Virus record (IMG/VR): IMGVR_UViG_3300037461_001229
Span: 1 to 64,000 of that record
Reading direction: 5' to 3' (one strand)
Source: a virus
Lineage: Duplodnaviria; Heunggongvirae; Uroviricota; Caudoviricetes
Length of the DNA stretch: 64,000 bases
Shown: piece after piece, positions 39,607-48,371 of the stretch
How the letters are laid out: every line of letters begins with the position of its first letter
Numbering within the stretch: position 1 is the stretch's first letter
Notes under the pieces: generated by a model
What the model saw: only the letters and a program-made list of their open reading frames with translations
Told to the model about the DNA's origin: nothing
Databases searched by the model: none
Position numbers and translations under genes: made by a program

Positions 39607-40152
39607 ATGTTAAAGAAACAAAGAATTTTATTGGACATGGATGGTGTCCTGGTTGATTTCCTTGGCGGGGCGCTCAAGGCGCTCAATAGGGTTCATAAGC
39701 AGAACATTACCATTGAGGAGTATGCTACTAAGTTTGGCAAGTGGGAAACCTATGATTATTATGGCATCTCCATAAGTGATTTTTGGATGTCAATAGGTCT
39801 TGTCCCTGATTTTTGGTACGAGCTTGAACCTATACCATGGTTCCGGGAACTATATGATTTTCTTAAGGAATTTGGGGAAGTAACCATTCTTACCTCTCCT
39901 AATTACGATCCATCATGTGCCGAGCAGAAGCTAAGGTGGCTTAACTCAAGGATGAACATAAGATCAGACTCGGTGTTTATAGGGTCACGTAAGTATCTTA
40001 TGGCCGGCAATGGTATCCTTATTGATGATTATTCCAAGAATATTGAAGCCTTCAGAGAGGCGGGAGGTGAAGCCATTCTCGTCCCCTCTACATGGAACAC
40101 GGCAGGTCTTACTTTCGAAGATGTTAAGAACGCAATACTTGGAAGAAAATGA
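39607..40152 (+). CDS. HAD-superfamily 5'(3')-deoxyribonucleotidase
   Basis: ILLDMDGVLVDF (HAD motif I DxDGxL) and overall NT5C-like size and arrangement. Confidence 0.65.
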   Translation: MLKKQRILLDMDGVLVDFLGGALKALNRVHKQNITIEEYATKFGKWETYDYYGISISDFWMSIGLVPDFWYELEPIPWFRELYDFLKEFGEVTILTSPNYDPSCAEQKLRWLNSRMNIRSDSVFIGSRKYLMAGNGILIDDYSKNIEAFREAGGEAILVPSTWNTAGLTFEDVKNAILGRK

Positions 40153-40511
40153 ACGAATTCATTATAAAAGATTCCGGCGAGAGGAAAGAATTTGCATCCG
40201 GCATGCAGAGAGATACCAATATTGGTAAGGCAAGACCCGACCTCTGTTATCCATTAGGTATTCCTTATGAAGAGCAGATGCTTATCAGGTTTGCAAAGCA
40301 TATGGCTGCGGGCGCTCAAAAATACTCCAGTCGTAACTGGGAGAAGGCGTCCGGGCAGGAGGAGCTAGACAGGTTCCGGGAGTCGGCGCTTAGGCACTGC
40401 CTGCAGTGGTTCCTGGGAGAGCGCGACGAGGATCATGCGTCTGCAACATGGTTTAATATGATGGCCTATGAGACCACTAAGTATAAGATAGATCATGATA
40501 ACGTTAAATAG
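40149..40511 (+). CDS. dATP/dGTP diphosphohydrolase N-terminal-domain-like protein
   Basis: ARPDLCYPLGIPYEEQMLIRFAKHMAAGAQKYSSRNWEKA...ALRHCLQWFLGERDEDHASATWFNMMAY resembles the phage dGTP_diPhyd_N family pattern (KYG..NW.KG ... RH...W..GE..D.SG..H..H...N..F). Confidence 0.45.
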   Translation: MNEFIIKDSGERKEFASGMQRDTNIGKARPDLCYPLGIPYEEQMLIRFAKHMAAGAQKYSSRNWEKASGQEELDRFRESALRHCLQWFLGERDEDHASATWFNMMAYETTKYKIDHDNVK

Positions 40512-40560
40512 AATTTACAATTATATGGATTTTTATCAAATGTATTTAACATTATGAATT

Positions 40561-40809
40561 ATGGCGACAATATACAGAAGTAAAACTGCAAAATATCGTA
40601 TCAGTAAGGAGACCCGGGGTGATGGAACTGAATGGTTTTACCCAGAGAAATGTCGTGGTTTTCTTTTATTTCGATATGAGTGGGCTGCAATTGGAGCCCA
40701 CCGTGATTATGTCACGGCACTTAGGCAAATATCCGAACAAATAATAGCGGATGACGAGGATTATAGGGCTTATTTAAGGTGTTATGTTGTTAAAAGAGAA
40801 ATACTTTAA
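40561..40809 (+). CDS. hypothetical protein
   Basis: 82-aa ORF. Confidence 0.25.
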   Translation: MATIYRSKTAKYRISKETRGDGTEWFYPEKCRGFLLFRYEWAAIGAHRDYVTALRQISEQIIADDEDYRAYLRCYVVKREIL

Positions 40810-40812
40810 GGA

Positions 40813-41172
40813 ATGGAGGGGCAATACGTTTTAGACGGCTGTGAATATGAGGATTTAGAATCCTATGTGTGTACTGGAATATTTGGCTTTTGCGGATGTG
40901 TTGGCGAGTCGGCGTTACGTATTATAGATAAGGCTCTAGATCATTTTTCTACCTGCAGAGATAAGGGCACTTATTGGGACGACTTAGTAAAGGAGGTATT
41001 TAATGGCGACGAAGGTTCGGCCTATATCGTATCAAGCCTTCTTGATAATACTGAGCTAATAGAGCACGGCATGGCTATAAGGGGATCATGGCTCACGGAT
41101 AAGGGGACAGAAGTCCATTCTGACATTAAAAAAATAATTTCTCTATGGGATAATCAATCTCAGGTTACATGA
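40813..41172 (+). CDS. hypothetical protein
   Basis: 119-aa ORF with Cys pair CTGIFGFCGC. Confidence 0.25.
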   Translation: MEGQYVLDGCEYEDLESYVCTGIFGFCGCVGESALRIIDKALDHFSTCRDKGTYWDDLVKEVFNGDEGSAYIVSSLLDNTELIEHGMAIRGSWLTDKGTEVHSDIKKIISLWDNQSQVT

Positions 41173-42206
41173 TATCAGTAATAATACCATTTAAGAATGA
41201 TTTCAGCACTATAGAGGGCGTCCTGCATAATGTCTACCTGGGCATACAGCAAGATGACCTGGAGATTATCCTTGTGAACGACGGGAGCAAGCATACCAAT
41301 ACCAGGTTCCGCCCCATAGAACCCGCTAAAGACTTCTCCTTAAGAACCCAGAGATACGTTAAGGTAATCAATAACCCCATGGGCTATGGTGTGGGATACT
41401 CGTTCGATAGAGGTGCAGAGATAGCGCGTGGGGACATACTAGTACTCATGGGAGCCGACGTTTTCCCCAGGAGTGGTTGGGATAGTAAAGTAAAGGATGC
41501 CGTCCAAAGCAACCCTAATACACTTGGTTGTGCTACCTGCATAGGCTTGAATCCAGACAGGAAGAACCTGGATGATCCTAAAAATAAGATGAGGTATGGA
41601 GCAGACCTGTTATTTACCTATGGGCCGGAAGACACGCCGAAGGGGAGCGGGCTAAGGGACATCCATAATTTCTCTAACCTCTTCCGTGGCAGGTGGAGGA
41701 CAGATAAGGTAAGTGATTCGCCATGCGATATACCGTGCCTCATGGGTGCTTTCTATTTTACAAGCAGGGAGTACTATAGGTTGCTTGCCGGTTGGGACAC
41801 GAGGAGTGGAAATCATTGGAGGGGGCACCGTGCCTGGGGGCACCTGGAGCCATATATTAGCCTTAAGTCATGGTTAGTGGGCGGTGGCTGTACACTATAC
41901 CCGGATATCCAGGCCGGGCATGTTTTTGCTCGCATAACAGACAGGACTAAGAAATGGGACGGGGGTGTCCGTAACGAGAGTGATAGGTACTGGAATCAAC
42001 TCTTTATGCTTGAGACTATGATTATGGATACTGATCTCCAGCTAAAGCTCAATAACTTCCTTAAACCAAGAAAGAACCTTGGTATTGCTCGCAAGTGGAT
42101 AAAACAACACTATGATACTATTGAGCAGGTTAGGGCCGCCAATAGTCTTCTATTTAAGAACACTCCAGAGATATTCACAGAGAAATTTGGGTATAAACTA
42201 GACTAA
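41169..42206 (+). CDS. glycosyltransferase family 2
   Basis: MISVIIPFKNDFSTIEGVLHNV...EIILVNDGSKH ... LMGADVF (DXD-like). Confidence 0.65.
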   Translation: MISVIIPFKNDFSTIEGVLHNVYLGIQQDDLEIILVNDGSKHTNTRFRPIEPAKDFSLRTQRYVKVINNPMGYGVGYSFDRGAEIARGDILVLMGADVFPRSGWDSKVKDAVQSNPNTLGCATCIGLNPDRKNLDDPKNKMRYGADLLFTYGPEDTPKGSGLRDIHNFSNLFRGRWRTDKVSDSPCDIPCLMGAFYFTSREYYRLLAGWDTRSGNHWRGHRAWGHLEPYISLKSWLVGGGCTLYPDIQAGHVFARITDRTKKWDGGVRNESDRYWNQLFMLETMIMDTDLQLKLNNFLKPRKNLGIARKWIKQHYDTIEQVRAANSLLFKNTPEIFTEKFGYKLD

Positions 42207-42207
42207 G

Positions 42208-42453
42208 ATGAATAATAACTTTATACAAGTATTAGAGACCGCTGATAAGGAGAAGAGAAAAATGTATTCTCGTTGCACCAAAAAAGAGCTTATTAGTATG
42301 CTAATAGAGTGCAATAAGATAATTGATCGCATAGATAGCCCCGAATATATTGTGTTTTATGGCGATGCTTTTAAGGCGGCCCAGGAGGGTGGTTTTACCT
42401 GTAAATATGTTAATGACGAGATAATCCCTGATTTAAAGCAAGAAAACCATTAA
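42208..42453 (+). CDS. hypothetical protein
   Basis: 81-aa ORF. Confidence 0.25.
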   Translation: MNNNFIQVLETADKEKRKMYSRCTKKELISMLIECNKIIDRIDSPEYIVFYGDAFKAAQEGGFTCKYVNDEIIPDLKQENH

Positions 42454-42533
42454 ATTTTAAATTATTATCTTTGCGCTGCCAAATGAAACATGTTGGCTGA
42501 AATAGCGGAGTAATAATTAAATTTTAAAAAGAA

Positions 42534-43067
42534 ATGGCACTTTTTTTGACCCAAGTTACGCTCTGGAGGGACAATAGAGATTCTAGTAATCGTGTCGCCG
42601 CCCATGACGAAAACCAGGTAGGGTATAAACTCTATCTGATGAACCCTAATCGAATCAGCGATATGGTTGACCTTAGCACACTGGCTATTGCCAAGAGTAG
42701 ATTCTTATTTTCCGATAACCATCGGGATAGGAGAGAAAATAACTCTTTGGTAGAATGTCTGCTCTCGCCGGCCCAGATTCAAACCGCTCACGACACAGAC
42801 TTTGCTTCTAAGTTTGTAACGCTACCATTTTTCCCCAAAAACGATCCAACGAAAACGCCTGTAGACACGACCATTGACGTTGAGGATATTGCGTATTTTG
42901 AGGAATACAATCCAGACCCGGACAATTATTGTTATTTAATATACAATCGTAAGGCATTTCGCCGGGTAGAGCAGCTTGTTAATCTTAATATATACCAGGC
43001 AGAAGACCAGGTTAATGACGGAGCAACTACGACTACTACGACTACTACAGAAGAACGTGAGCAGTAG
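42534..43067 (+). CDS. hypothetical protein, paralogue of N-terminal domain of downstream FISUMP protein
   Basis: shares block ...AQIQTAHDTDFASKFVTLPFFP with 43093..44232 (LITAHDTAPPSKFMTLPIFP); ends in poly-Thr linker. Confidence 0.4.
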   Translation: MALFLTQVTLWRDNRDSSNRVAAHDENQVGYKLYLMNPNRISDMVDLSTLAIAKSRFLFSDNHRDRRENNSLVECLLSPAQIQTAHDTDFASKFVTLPFFPKNDPTKTPVDTTIDVEDIAYFEEYNPDPDNYCYLIYNRKAFRRVEQLVNLNIYQAEDQVNDGATTTTTTTTEEREQ

Positions 43068-43092
43068 TCTTTAACCATTAAAACTTAAAGAC

Positions 43093-44232
43093 ATGAGTTT
43101 AGTTTTTCTTCAAGTAGATAGCTGGCACAGCGTCCGTCCCGGGAAATACGTCAGGGACAGGGCTAATGGCTCGTATGTTGCGGTAGGCGACTACTACCTC
43201 CTGAACACAAACAGGATGGTGGATATCGTCTCGCTGGACATGGCGCATGTGCAGTTCAAATATAACCAGGCGCCGGATGACGCCAGATGCTCTCCCGATA
43301 CCATAACTGCTAATATTACGTTAGCTAGTTTGATAACGGCGCATGATACCGCACCTCCGTCTAAGTTTATGACACTACCTATCTTCCCCACCTGCGATAT
43401 TACCAGGATAGGGTTGGATACGCCGGTCTTTACTCAGATAGAGGGTGATGATATAGCTATGATCTATGCCACCCCAAAGGATTTCCTTCATGGGGTATGC
43501 CATATGGTCTATTACAGGAATTCATTCGAGAGGGTAACGTGCATCATTAATCTCGGACTGATGGATGTTTATTATCTCGTTGGATGGCCGTTAGAGGACT
43601 ATGACGGCAATGTCTATCGTACAGTAGCTATTGGTTCACAGGAGTGGATTTGTAGTGATCTTAAGGTTACTCATTATAGTAACGGTGTTGCAATACCCTA
43701 CATTACTCTTGGCGTGGACTGGATGGCGGATATAAGTGGGTGTTATTGTTTCTACAATAACGATCCCACTAATAAGGATGCTCTTGGGGCACTATACAAT
43801 TGGTATGCCGTTAATAATGCTAATGGGCTTGCTTACTTCAAGAGAGCAGGTGTGGCGGAGGCTGGATGGAGGATTCCTACCGTGGCTGACTGGACGACAC
43901 TAAGCACTACTGCTGGTGGAAATACTATTTCCGGGGGTAGGTTAAAAGAGAAGGGATTGGCTTATTGGGAGTCTCCCAATCTTGGAGCTACCGATCTCTA
44001 TGGATTTAGTTCTGTGGGTGCCGGCAATAGATATGTGGATTCAGATGACGGGGAGGGATGGGCTAGTATTAAGATATGGAATGATATTTGGTCTGCTGAT
44101 GCAGTTCCAGCCCCAGATGATGATGAGGCTTATTCTATATATCTTGGTTATCTTTCAGCAGCGTTTTTCCCATGGAATCACGAAAAATTTGGTGGTATGT
44201 CTGTACGTTGCGTAAGGGATATAGTTATTTAA
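43093..44232 (+). CDS. FISUMP (Fibrobacter succinogenes major paralogous) domain protein, receptor-binding/adhesin candidate
   Basis: GNVYRTVAIGSQEWICSDLKV...GALYNWYAV...AGWRIPTVADWTTL matches TIGR02145-type FISUMP blocks (G..Y.TV.IG.Q.WM.ENL ... G.LYNW.A ... GW.LP...EW..L). Confidence 0.6.
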   Translation: MSLVFLQVDSWHSVRPGKYVRDRANGSYVAVGDYYLLNTNRMVDIVSLDMAHVQFKYNQAPDDARCSPDTITANITLASLITAHDTAPPSKFMTLPIFPTCDITRIGLDTPVFTQIEGDDIAMIYATPKDFLHGVCHMVYYRNSFERVTCIINLGLMDVYYLVGWPLEDYDGNVYRTVAIGSQEWICSDLKVTHYSNGVAIPYITLGVDWMADISGCYCFYNNDPTNKDALGALYNWYAVNNANGLAYFKRAGVAEAGWRIPTVADWTTLSTTAGGNTISGGRLKEKGLAYWESPNLGATDLYGFSSVGAGNRYVDSDDGEGWASIKIWNDIWSADAVPAPDDDEAYSIYLGYLSAAFFPWNHEKFGGMSVRCVRDIVI

Positions 44233-44262
44233 CATCTTGTTTGATAGTTATCATACAACCGA

Positions 44263-44290
44263 CCCGCTAGAATTCTGGCGGGTTTCTTTA
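44263..44290 (+). terminator. Rho-independent terminator
   Basis: cccgc-tagaattctg-gcggg followed by TTTCTTTATTT. Confidence 0.5.
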
Positions 44291-44335
44291 TTTCCATAAT
44301 GCACTAAATATGTATCTTTGCAGAAACAAGAAGAC

Positions 44336-46894
44336 ATGGCTCAGAAGAAGAAAGAGACCAAATTATCATTTGAGAAAGATTTACAGGTAGAAGAGGCGAG
44401 CAAGCTTGGCATACGCCCGGAAGAGATCATACGCAACTTTGAGGACGTTGGCCGGCTGCCGGATGATTTTAACCCCTATGGAGGCGGCTATACTATAGCC
44501 AGGTCTAAGTTCTTGGGCGATGAGCCTCCCCATGGCCAGTACTGTGGGGGAGACTTTAAGCTGTGGGAAGTTATTAACGACGGAGACCCGTCACTAACCC
44601 CGGTTTACTTTAGCATGCCCGAGCCGCCGACAGATAGGACATTGATCGATGGCTATGGGCTAGACCCTGATGAGCAGTACTTCCGCCGGATCGAACTACC
44701 GAGGAAATTTCGGTTGATCGAAACCAAGGCCCTACAAGACCTGGCAGAGATCGAGAAGAAGAACCGGCAAGAGACCATACAGGGTTATAAGTTCTATCTT
44801 AAGTTCTGGGAGATAGTAGAACAGGAGAGAGATAACCTGGAGGAGGAGCTTATATGGCTTAAAAGGGTATGGTGGTGGAGAACTTATGGTTATTGGTACT
44901 ATAATGACGGGGAGCCGGTATTCCTACCTCCCGACTATTACGACTTCCTTAATTTCTACTTTATAGAGGAAGCGGTCAGGTACCCGGAGTACCGTGATGA
45001 CGTCAGGCGTAAGTACTGTTACTCACGTTATCTAGAAAGCTGTACTGAGACATTCAAAGATTTCGATGCTAACGGTATGGCCAAGAAGAATGCCGATGGT
45101 AAGTACGAGATGGTTGACCTTGGCCGACGGTTATTCTTCGGGGATGTGGAGCCCAAGACTCGTAGGACGGGGGCCACACACGAGGCCGTCCATAAGATAT
45201 TAAAGGGAGCCATGACCCATCTCTCTTATTTCAGTACCATCATCTCTTTTGAGGGTAATAACGCTGAAGTCCACTATAAAAAGAAGCTCTTGCCGGCTTT
45301 CGATGCTTATCCTATGGTTCTGAAGCCTATATGGGAGGGGAATCGCAGGCCCAATATACTAAGGCTTGATGCGCCGCCCAATGTCTACCACACAAGAGGT
45401 CTTAAAAGTGCCATAGCTTACTCGGACTCAGGGGGGCTGTTCGCTAATGAGGGGGATAGGCTTAATGGGGTGTTAAATGATGAGCAAGGCAAAAGTCTCG
45501 GATCAACAGCAGACATCTTTGAGAGGTGGCACATCAACAAATTCACCATGTCTACGGGTATGGGTATCAACATCCTTAAGGGAGTATATGTCAAGAACCC
45601 AAGTACGGTGGAGGATATGGAATCAACAAGTACGCCGTACCATAAGCTCTGTGAGTTATCTAATTTCTATAGACGGGTACCGGTTAAGGGTCAGACCATG
45701 GAGGGCTTTGCCAGGATATTTTTGCCGGCCTATCTCAGGCTTGAGGGGTATATTGACCGATTTGGTAAGTCAGTGGTGGAGACGCCTACAGAGAGACAGA
45801 TAAGGCTGTCGCCGGATGCGATCTTTGCAGTAAGTAAGAAGGGAGCCAGGGAGACGATGCAGGCAGAGAGAGACGCACTACTTGCACTCAACACGCCTGA
45901 GTCTCTTGAGCTCTACCGTAGTATCCGCAGAAAATCCCCGTTTACCTGGGATGAATGCTGGTTGGGGTCTGCAGGTAATGCCGGCTATAATCTTGAGATT
46001 ATAGATAAGCGCATGGGGGAACTTAACCAGCTTAAGTCCTTTGGTAAGATGCCTTATCGTGTGGGTTATTTTTATCGGGACACCTATCCTGATGGGACAG
46101 TGCTCTGGAAAGACGATCCTAATGACATACGGTTCAGGATATCGATGATTCTCCCGCCGGAACTATCTAATCAGAGGGAGATGATCGAGGTATGGGATGG
46201 TCTTAACCAGAAGTTTATCCCGGGATGGCGCCCAAGGAATGGGCAGCGGTTCACTCTCGGGTGCGACCCCTTCCGAAACCTTAAGGCTATAGAGGTTAAA
46301 TCAATGAGCAAGGCGGGTATGAGGTCGAGCACGTCACGGCAGTCCGATGGTGGTATCGCTGTACTATGGGAGTATGACCCCGCTATAGATGGCAACAAAC
46401 CTAAAAAAGACTGGGATAGCTTTAAATTCGTTTGTACATACAGGCATAGGCCATTAACACAAGAAGCGTATTTCGATGATGTACTGATGTGTGCCCAGTA
46501 TTTCGGAGCTATGATCTATCCTGAGCAGAACGTGGAAGCATTCCTCGTGCACCTCTATAAGAGAGGTTATGGAGGCTATGGTCTGCATGACTTTGATATT
46601 ATGACCGGTAGGCCCAAGGCGCTTCCCGGGAGGTATAACGCTACTGAGACTAATCAGGATATGGTTCGTGAGATCAAGGATTATATTGAGTTTAGGGGGC
46701 ATGTCGAAGATCACGATGACCTGCTAGCAGAAATTAAGTCGTTCAGGGGCGTTGAGGACTTTACCAGGCTTGACCTTAAGACTGCTGCCGGTATGGCACT
46801 ACTTGGCTCTAAGTCCCGCCATAGGGAGATATTAGGAGATAATAAAAGTATTGGGCTAGATTTGGACGATATCTTCCCGGTGAGATATTATTGA
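44336..46894 (+). CDS. terL: putative terminase large subunit
   Basis: position immediately upstream of portal-scaffold-capsid block; deviant P-loop-like PKTRRTGAT; nuclease-like LGCDPF / EYDPA Asp motifs in C-terminal half; start moved to ATG 44336 downstream of -7 box 44313-44320. Confidence 0.5.
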   Translation: MAQKKKETKLSFEKDLQVEEASKLGIRPEEIIRNFEDVGRLPDDFNPYGGGYTIARSKFLGDEPPHGQYCGGDFKLWEVINDGDPSLTPVYFSMPEPPTDRTLIDGYGLDPDEQYFRRIELPRKFRLIETKALQDLAEIEKKNRQETIQGYKFYLKFWEIVEQERDNLEEELIWLKRVWWWRTYGYWYYNDGEPVFLPPDYYDFLNFYFIEEAVRYPEYRDDVRRKYCYSRYLESCTETFKDFDANGMAKKNADGKYEMVDLGRRLFFGDVEPKTRRTGATHEAVHKILKGAMTHLSYFSTIISFEGNNAEVHYKKKLLPAFDAYPMVLKPIWEGNRRPNILRLDAPPNVYHTRGLKSAIAYSDSGGLFANEGDRLNGVLNDEQGKSLGSTADIFERWHINKFTMSTGMGINILKGVYVKNPSTVEDMESTSTPYHKLCELSNFYRRVPVKGQTMEGFARIFLPAYLRLEGYIDRFGKSVVETPTERQIRLSPDAIFAVSKKGARETMQAERDALLALNTPESLELYRSIRRKSPFTWDECWLGSAGNAGYNLEIIDKRMGELNQLKSFGKMPYRVGYFYRDTYPDGTVLWKDDPNDIRFRISMILPPELSNQREMIEVWDGLNQKFIPGWRPRNGQRFTLGCDPFRNLKAIEVKSMSKAGMRSSTSRQSDGGIAVLWEYDPAIDGNKPKKDWDSFKFVCTYRHRPLTQEAYFDDVLMCAQYFGAMIYPEQNVEAFLVHLYKRGYGGYGLHDFDIMTGRPKALPGRYNATETNQDMVREIKDYIEFRGHVEDHDDLLAEIKSFRGVEDFTRLDLKTAAGMALLGSKSRHREILGDNKSIGLDLDDIFPVRYY

Positions 46895-46923
46895 AAATAT
46901 TTTGTAATATTAAATATTATATT

Positions 46924-46931
46924 TATCTTTG
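46924..46931 (+). promoter_or_regulatory. Bacteroidota sigma-A -7 element TAnnTTTG (tRNA sub-operon 1)
   Basis: tatctttg. Confidence 0.5.
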
Positions 46932-46979
46932 CGTTATGATTAGAATCCAACATATAGAGCAGCCTATAGACTTACTTAC

Positions 46980-47036
46980 GGGGTGAGACAACTCTCTATT
47001 TGAGTATATACCCACCCCATAAGGTGGGTTTTTTAT
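46980..47036 (+). promoter_or_regulatory. attenuator-like leader: antiterminator ggggtg/cacccc versus terminator cccacc-ccataa-ggtggg + T7
   Basis: mutually exclusive helices share segment 47013-47018; terminator T-run abuts first tRNA. Confidence 0.4.
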
Positions 47037-47038
47037 TT

Positions 47039-47113
47039 CTGGGTGTTCCGCAGATGGCTATACGGGCCTCCCCTGGAAGGAGGTGTTCGGGGGTTCGAAT
47101 CCCTCTACCCAGA
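47039..47113 (+). tRNA. tRNA-Pro (TGG)
   Basis: manual fold: acceptor ctgggtg/tacccag, anticodon stem cctcc/ggagg loop CCTGGAA, T arm ggggg-TTCGAAT-ccctc. Confidence 0.55.
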
Positions 47114-47119
47114 CAATAT

Positions 47120-47191
47120 TGGCATATAGTTCAATGGTAAGAACGCACGGCTTATACCCCTGTAATTCTGGTTCGAGTCCAGGTATGCCAA
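47120..47191 (+). tRNA. tRNA with TAT anticodon (Ile2-like)
   Basis: acceptor tggcata/tatgcca perfect; D stem gttc/gaac; loop CTTATAC; T arm tctgg-TTCGAGT-ccagg. Confidence 0.5.
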
Positions 47192-47193
47192 CT

Positions 47194-47266
47194 GTGTACG
47201 ATGCTCGTATGGAAGAGTACCGGATTGTGACCCCGGTTAAAGGGAGTTCGAATCTCCTCGTACACC
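47194..47266 (+). tRNA. tRNA-His (GTG)
   Basis: acceptor gtgtacg/cgtacac; loop TTGTGAC; T arm gggag-TTCGAAT-ctcct. Confidence 0.6.
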
Positions 47267-47269
47267 TAT

Positions 47270-47343
47270 GCTCGGTTGGTGAAGTTGGCTAACACGCAGG
47301 ACTTTCAATCCTGTATTCAGGAGTTCGAGACTCCTACCGAGCA
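47270..47343 (+). tRNA. tRNA-Glu (TTC)
   Basis: acceptor gctcggt/accgagc; anticodon stem cagga/tcctg loop CTTTCAA; T arm aggag-TTCGAGA-ctcct. Confidence 0.65.
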
Positions 47344-47346
47344 CAT

Positions 47347-47417
47347 TGCCTAGTCGTATAAAGGCAGTACATCTGGCTTTGAACCAGGCGGAATTGGATC
47401 GTTACCAGTCTAGGCAT
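47347..47417 (+). tRNA. tRNA-Gln (TTG)
   Basis: acceptor tgcctag/ctaggca; anticodon stem tctgg/ccagg loop CTTTGAA; T arm attgg-ATCGTTA-ccagt (A54). Confidence 0.5.
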
Positions 47418-47448
47418 CAAATAAATTTGGAAATTAAAAATAAAGTAT

Positions 47449-47456
47449 TATCTTTG
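47449..47456 (+). promoter_or_regulatory. Bacteroidota -7 element (tRNA sub-operon 2)
   Basis: tatctttg. Confidence 0.5.
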
Positions 47457-47533
47457 CAGTGTAAAATAAAGTTAATGCAGAGCATAAAGAGAAATATGGT
47501 GAATATTGATCGTACAGGCGCAACCTTACGGAA

Positions 47534-47603
47534 GGGCATTCCCATATGATCTTTTAAGAGATTAGAAGTGGAATGCCCTCAGAGATGGGGGCATTCTTAT
47601 TTT
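47534..47603 (+). promoter_or_regulatory. attenuator-like leader: antiterminator gggcattcc/ggaatgccc versus terminator gaatgccc/gggcattc + TTATTTT
   Basis: 9-bp and 8-bp alternative helices sharing 47571-47578. Confidence 0.45.
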
Positions 47604-47673
47604 GGCGCATAGTCTAAAGGTACGACGCTTCTCTGATACGGAAGTAGTGATAGTTCGAGTCTGTCTGTGCCAA
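47603..47673 (+). tRNA. tRNA-Ile (GAT)
   Basis: acceptor tggcgca/tgtgcca; loop CTGATAC; T arm gatag-TTCGAGT-ctgtc. Confidence 0.55.
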
Positions 47674-47676
47674 CAT

Positions 47677-47755
47677 AGCGGGTTAGGCTGAAGGTGGTTA
47701 CAGCGCGGTCTCATAAGCCGTAACGTCGGGAGTTCGATTCTCTCACCCGCTACCA
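47677..47755 (+). tRNA. tRNA-Met (CAT), CCA encoded
   Basis: acceptor agcgggt/acccgct; loop CTCATAA; T arm gggag-TTCGATT-ctctc; 3' ACCA present. Confidence 0.55.
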
Positions 47756-47756
47756 T

Positions 47757-47831
47757 GGGGGATTAGCTCAGAGGCAGAGCGGCATCCTGTTAAGATGAGG
47801 GTCGGGTTTTCAATATACTCATCCCCCGCCA
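47757..47831 (+). tRNA. tRNA-Asn (GTT), CCA encoded
   Basis: acceptor gggggat/atccccc; D stem gctc/gagc; loop CTGTTAA; T loop TTCAATA. Confidence 0.55.
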
Positions 47832-47834
47832 AAG

Positions 47835-47906
47835 GTCCTTATGGTGTAATGGAGAGCACACGGGTCTTCTAAGCCCTTAGTCAGGGTTCGACTCCTTGTA
47901 GGGACG
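47835..47906 (+). tRNA. tRNA-Arg (TCT)
   Basis: acceptor gtcctta/tagggac; loop CTTCTAA; T arm caggg-TTCGACT-ccttg. Confidence 0.55.
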
Positions 47907-47911
47907 CACAT

Positions 47912-47984
47912 AGCTCGTAGGTCAAACGGTTAAGATGTCACCCTGTCACGGTGTACGGAACGGGTTCAACTCCCGCACGAGCTG
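47912..47984 (+). tRNA. tRNA-Asp (GTC)
   Basis: acceptor agctcgt/acgagct; loop CTGTCAC; T loop TTCAACT. Confidence 0.6.
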
Positions 47985-47989
47985 CAAAT

Positions 47990-48061
47990 GGGACGTTAGT
48001 ATAATGGCTATTATTTCTGATTTGCACTCAGAAGATGAGGTTTCGATTACCTCACGCTCCA
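47990..48061 (+). tRNA. tRNA-Ala (TGC)
   Basis: G3:U70 Ala identity pair present; anticodon stem tctga/tcaga loop TTTGCAC; T arm gaggt-TTCGATT-acctc. Confidence 0.65.
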
Positions 48062-48066
48062 CTAAT

Positions 48067-48138
48067 GCGTCGTAGGTGTTGATGGTTGCATGTCAGTCTT
48101 CCAAACTGAGGGAGTGAATTCGAATTTCACACGATGCT
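48067..48138 (+). tRNA. tRNA-Gly (TCC)
   Basis: acceptor gcgtcgt/acgatgc; stem tcagt/actga loop CTTCCAA; T arm gtgaa-TTCGAAT-ttcac. Confidence 0.65.
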
Positions 48139-48142
48139 CTAA

Positions 48143-48215
48143 GTCCTCTTAGCAAAGCGGCGTATAGCTCCACCCTTTTAAGGTGGCGAGGATGGTTCGA
48201 CTCCATCAGGGGACA
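48143..48215 (+). tRNA. tRNA-Lys (TTT)
   Basis: acceptor gtcctct/aggggac; stem ccacc/ggtgg loop CTTTTAA; T arm gatgg-TTCGACT-ccatc. Confidence 0.65.
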
Positions 48216-48216
48216 C

Positions 48217-48291
48217 ACGCTCGTAGCATAATGGAAAGTGCACTTGGCAACGAACCAAGGTTATGTGAGGGTTCGATTCCTTCCGGGCGTA
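48217..48291 (+). tRNA. tRNA-Arg (ACG) with A33
   Basis: acceptor acgctcg/cgggcgt; stem cttgg/ccaag loop CAACGAA; 7-nt variable loop; T arm gaggg-TTCGATT-ccttc. Confidence 0.5.
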
Positions 48292-48296
48292 CATAT

Positions 48297-48368
48297 GCTC
48301 CACAAGCATTGTTGGCGATGCTCTCGCCTTGTAAGCCTGAGAGCGGGGTTCGATTCCTCGGTGGAGCT
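48297..48368 (+). tRNA. tRNA-Thr (TGT)-like with irregular anticodon arm
   Basis: perfect acceptor gctccac/gtggagc, D stem gcat/atgc, T arm cgggg-TTCGATT-cctcg; anticodon region ctctc-gccTTGTAAgcct-gagag folds either as 5-bp stem with 13-nt loop or as a mismatched canonical stem. Confidence 0.4.
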
Positions 48369-48371
48369 CAT

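Noticed and set aside
44318-44335. TTG start at 44318 for the terminase ORF
   Set aside because: The TTG is the last triplet of the promoter -7 box tatctttg. ATG 44336 (MAQKKKE…) is the plausible start.
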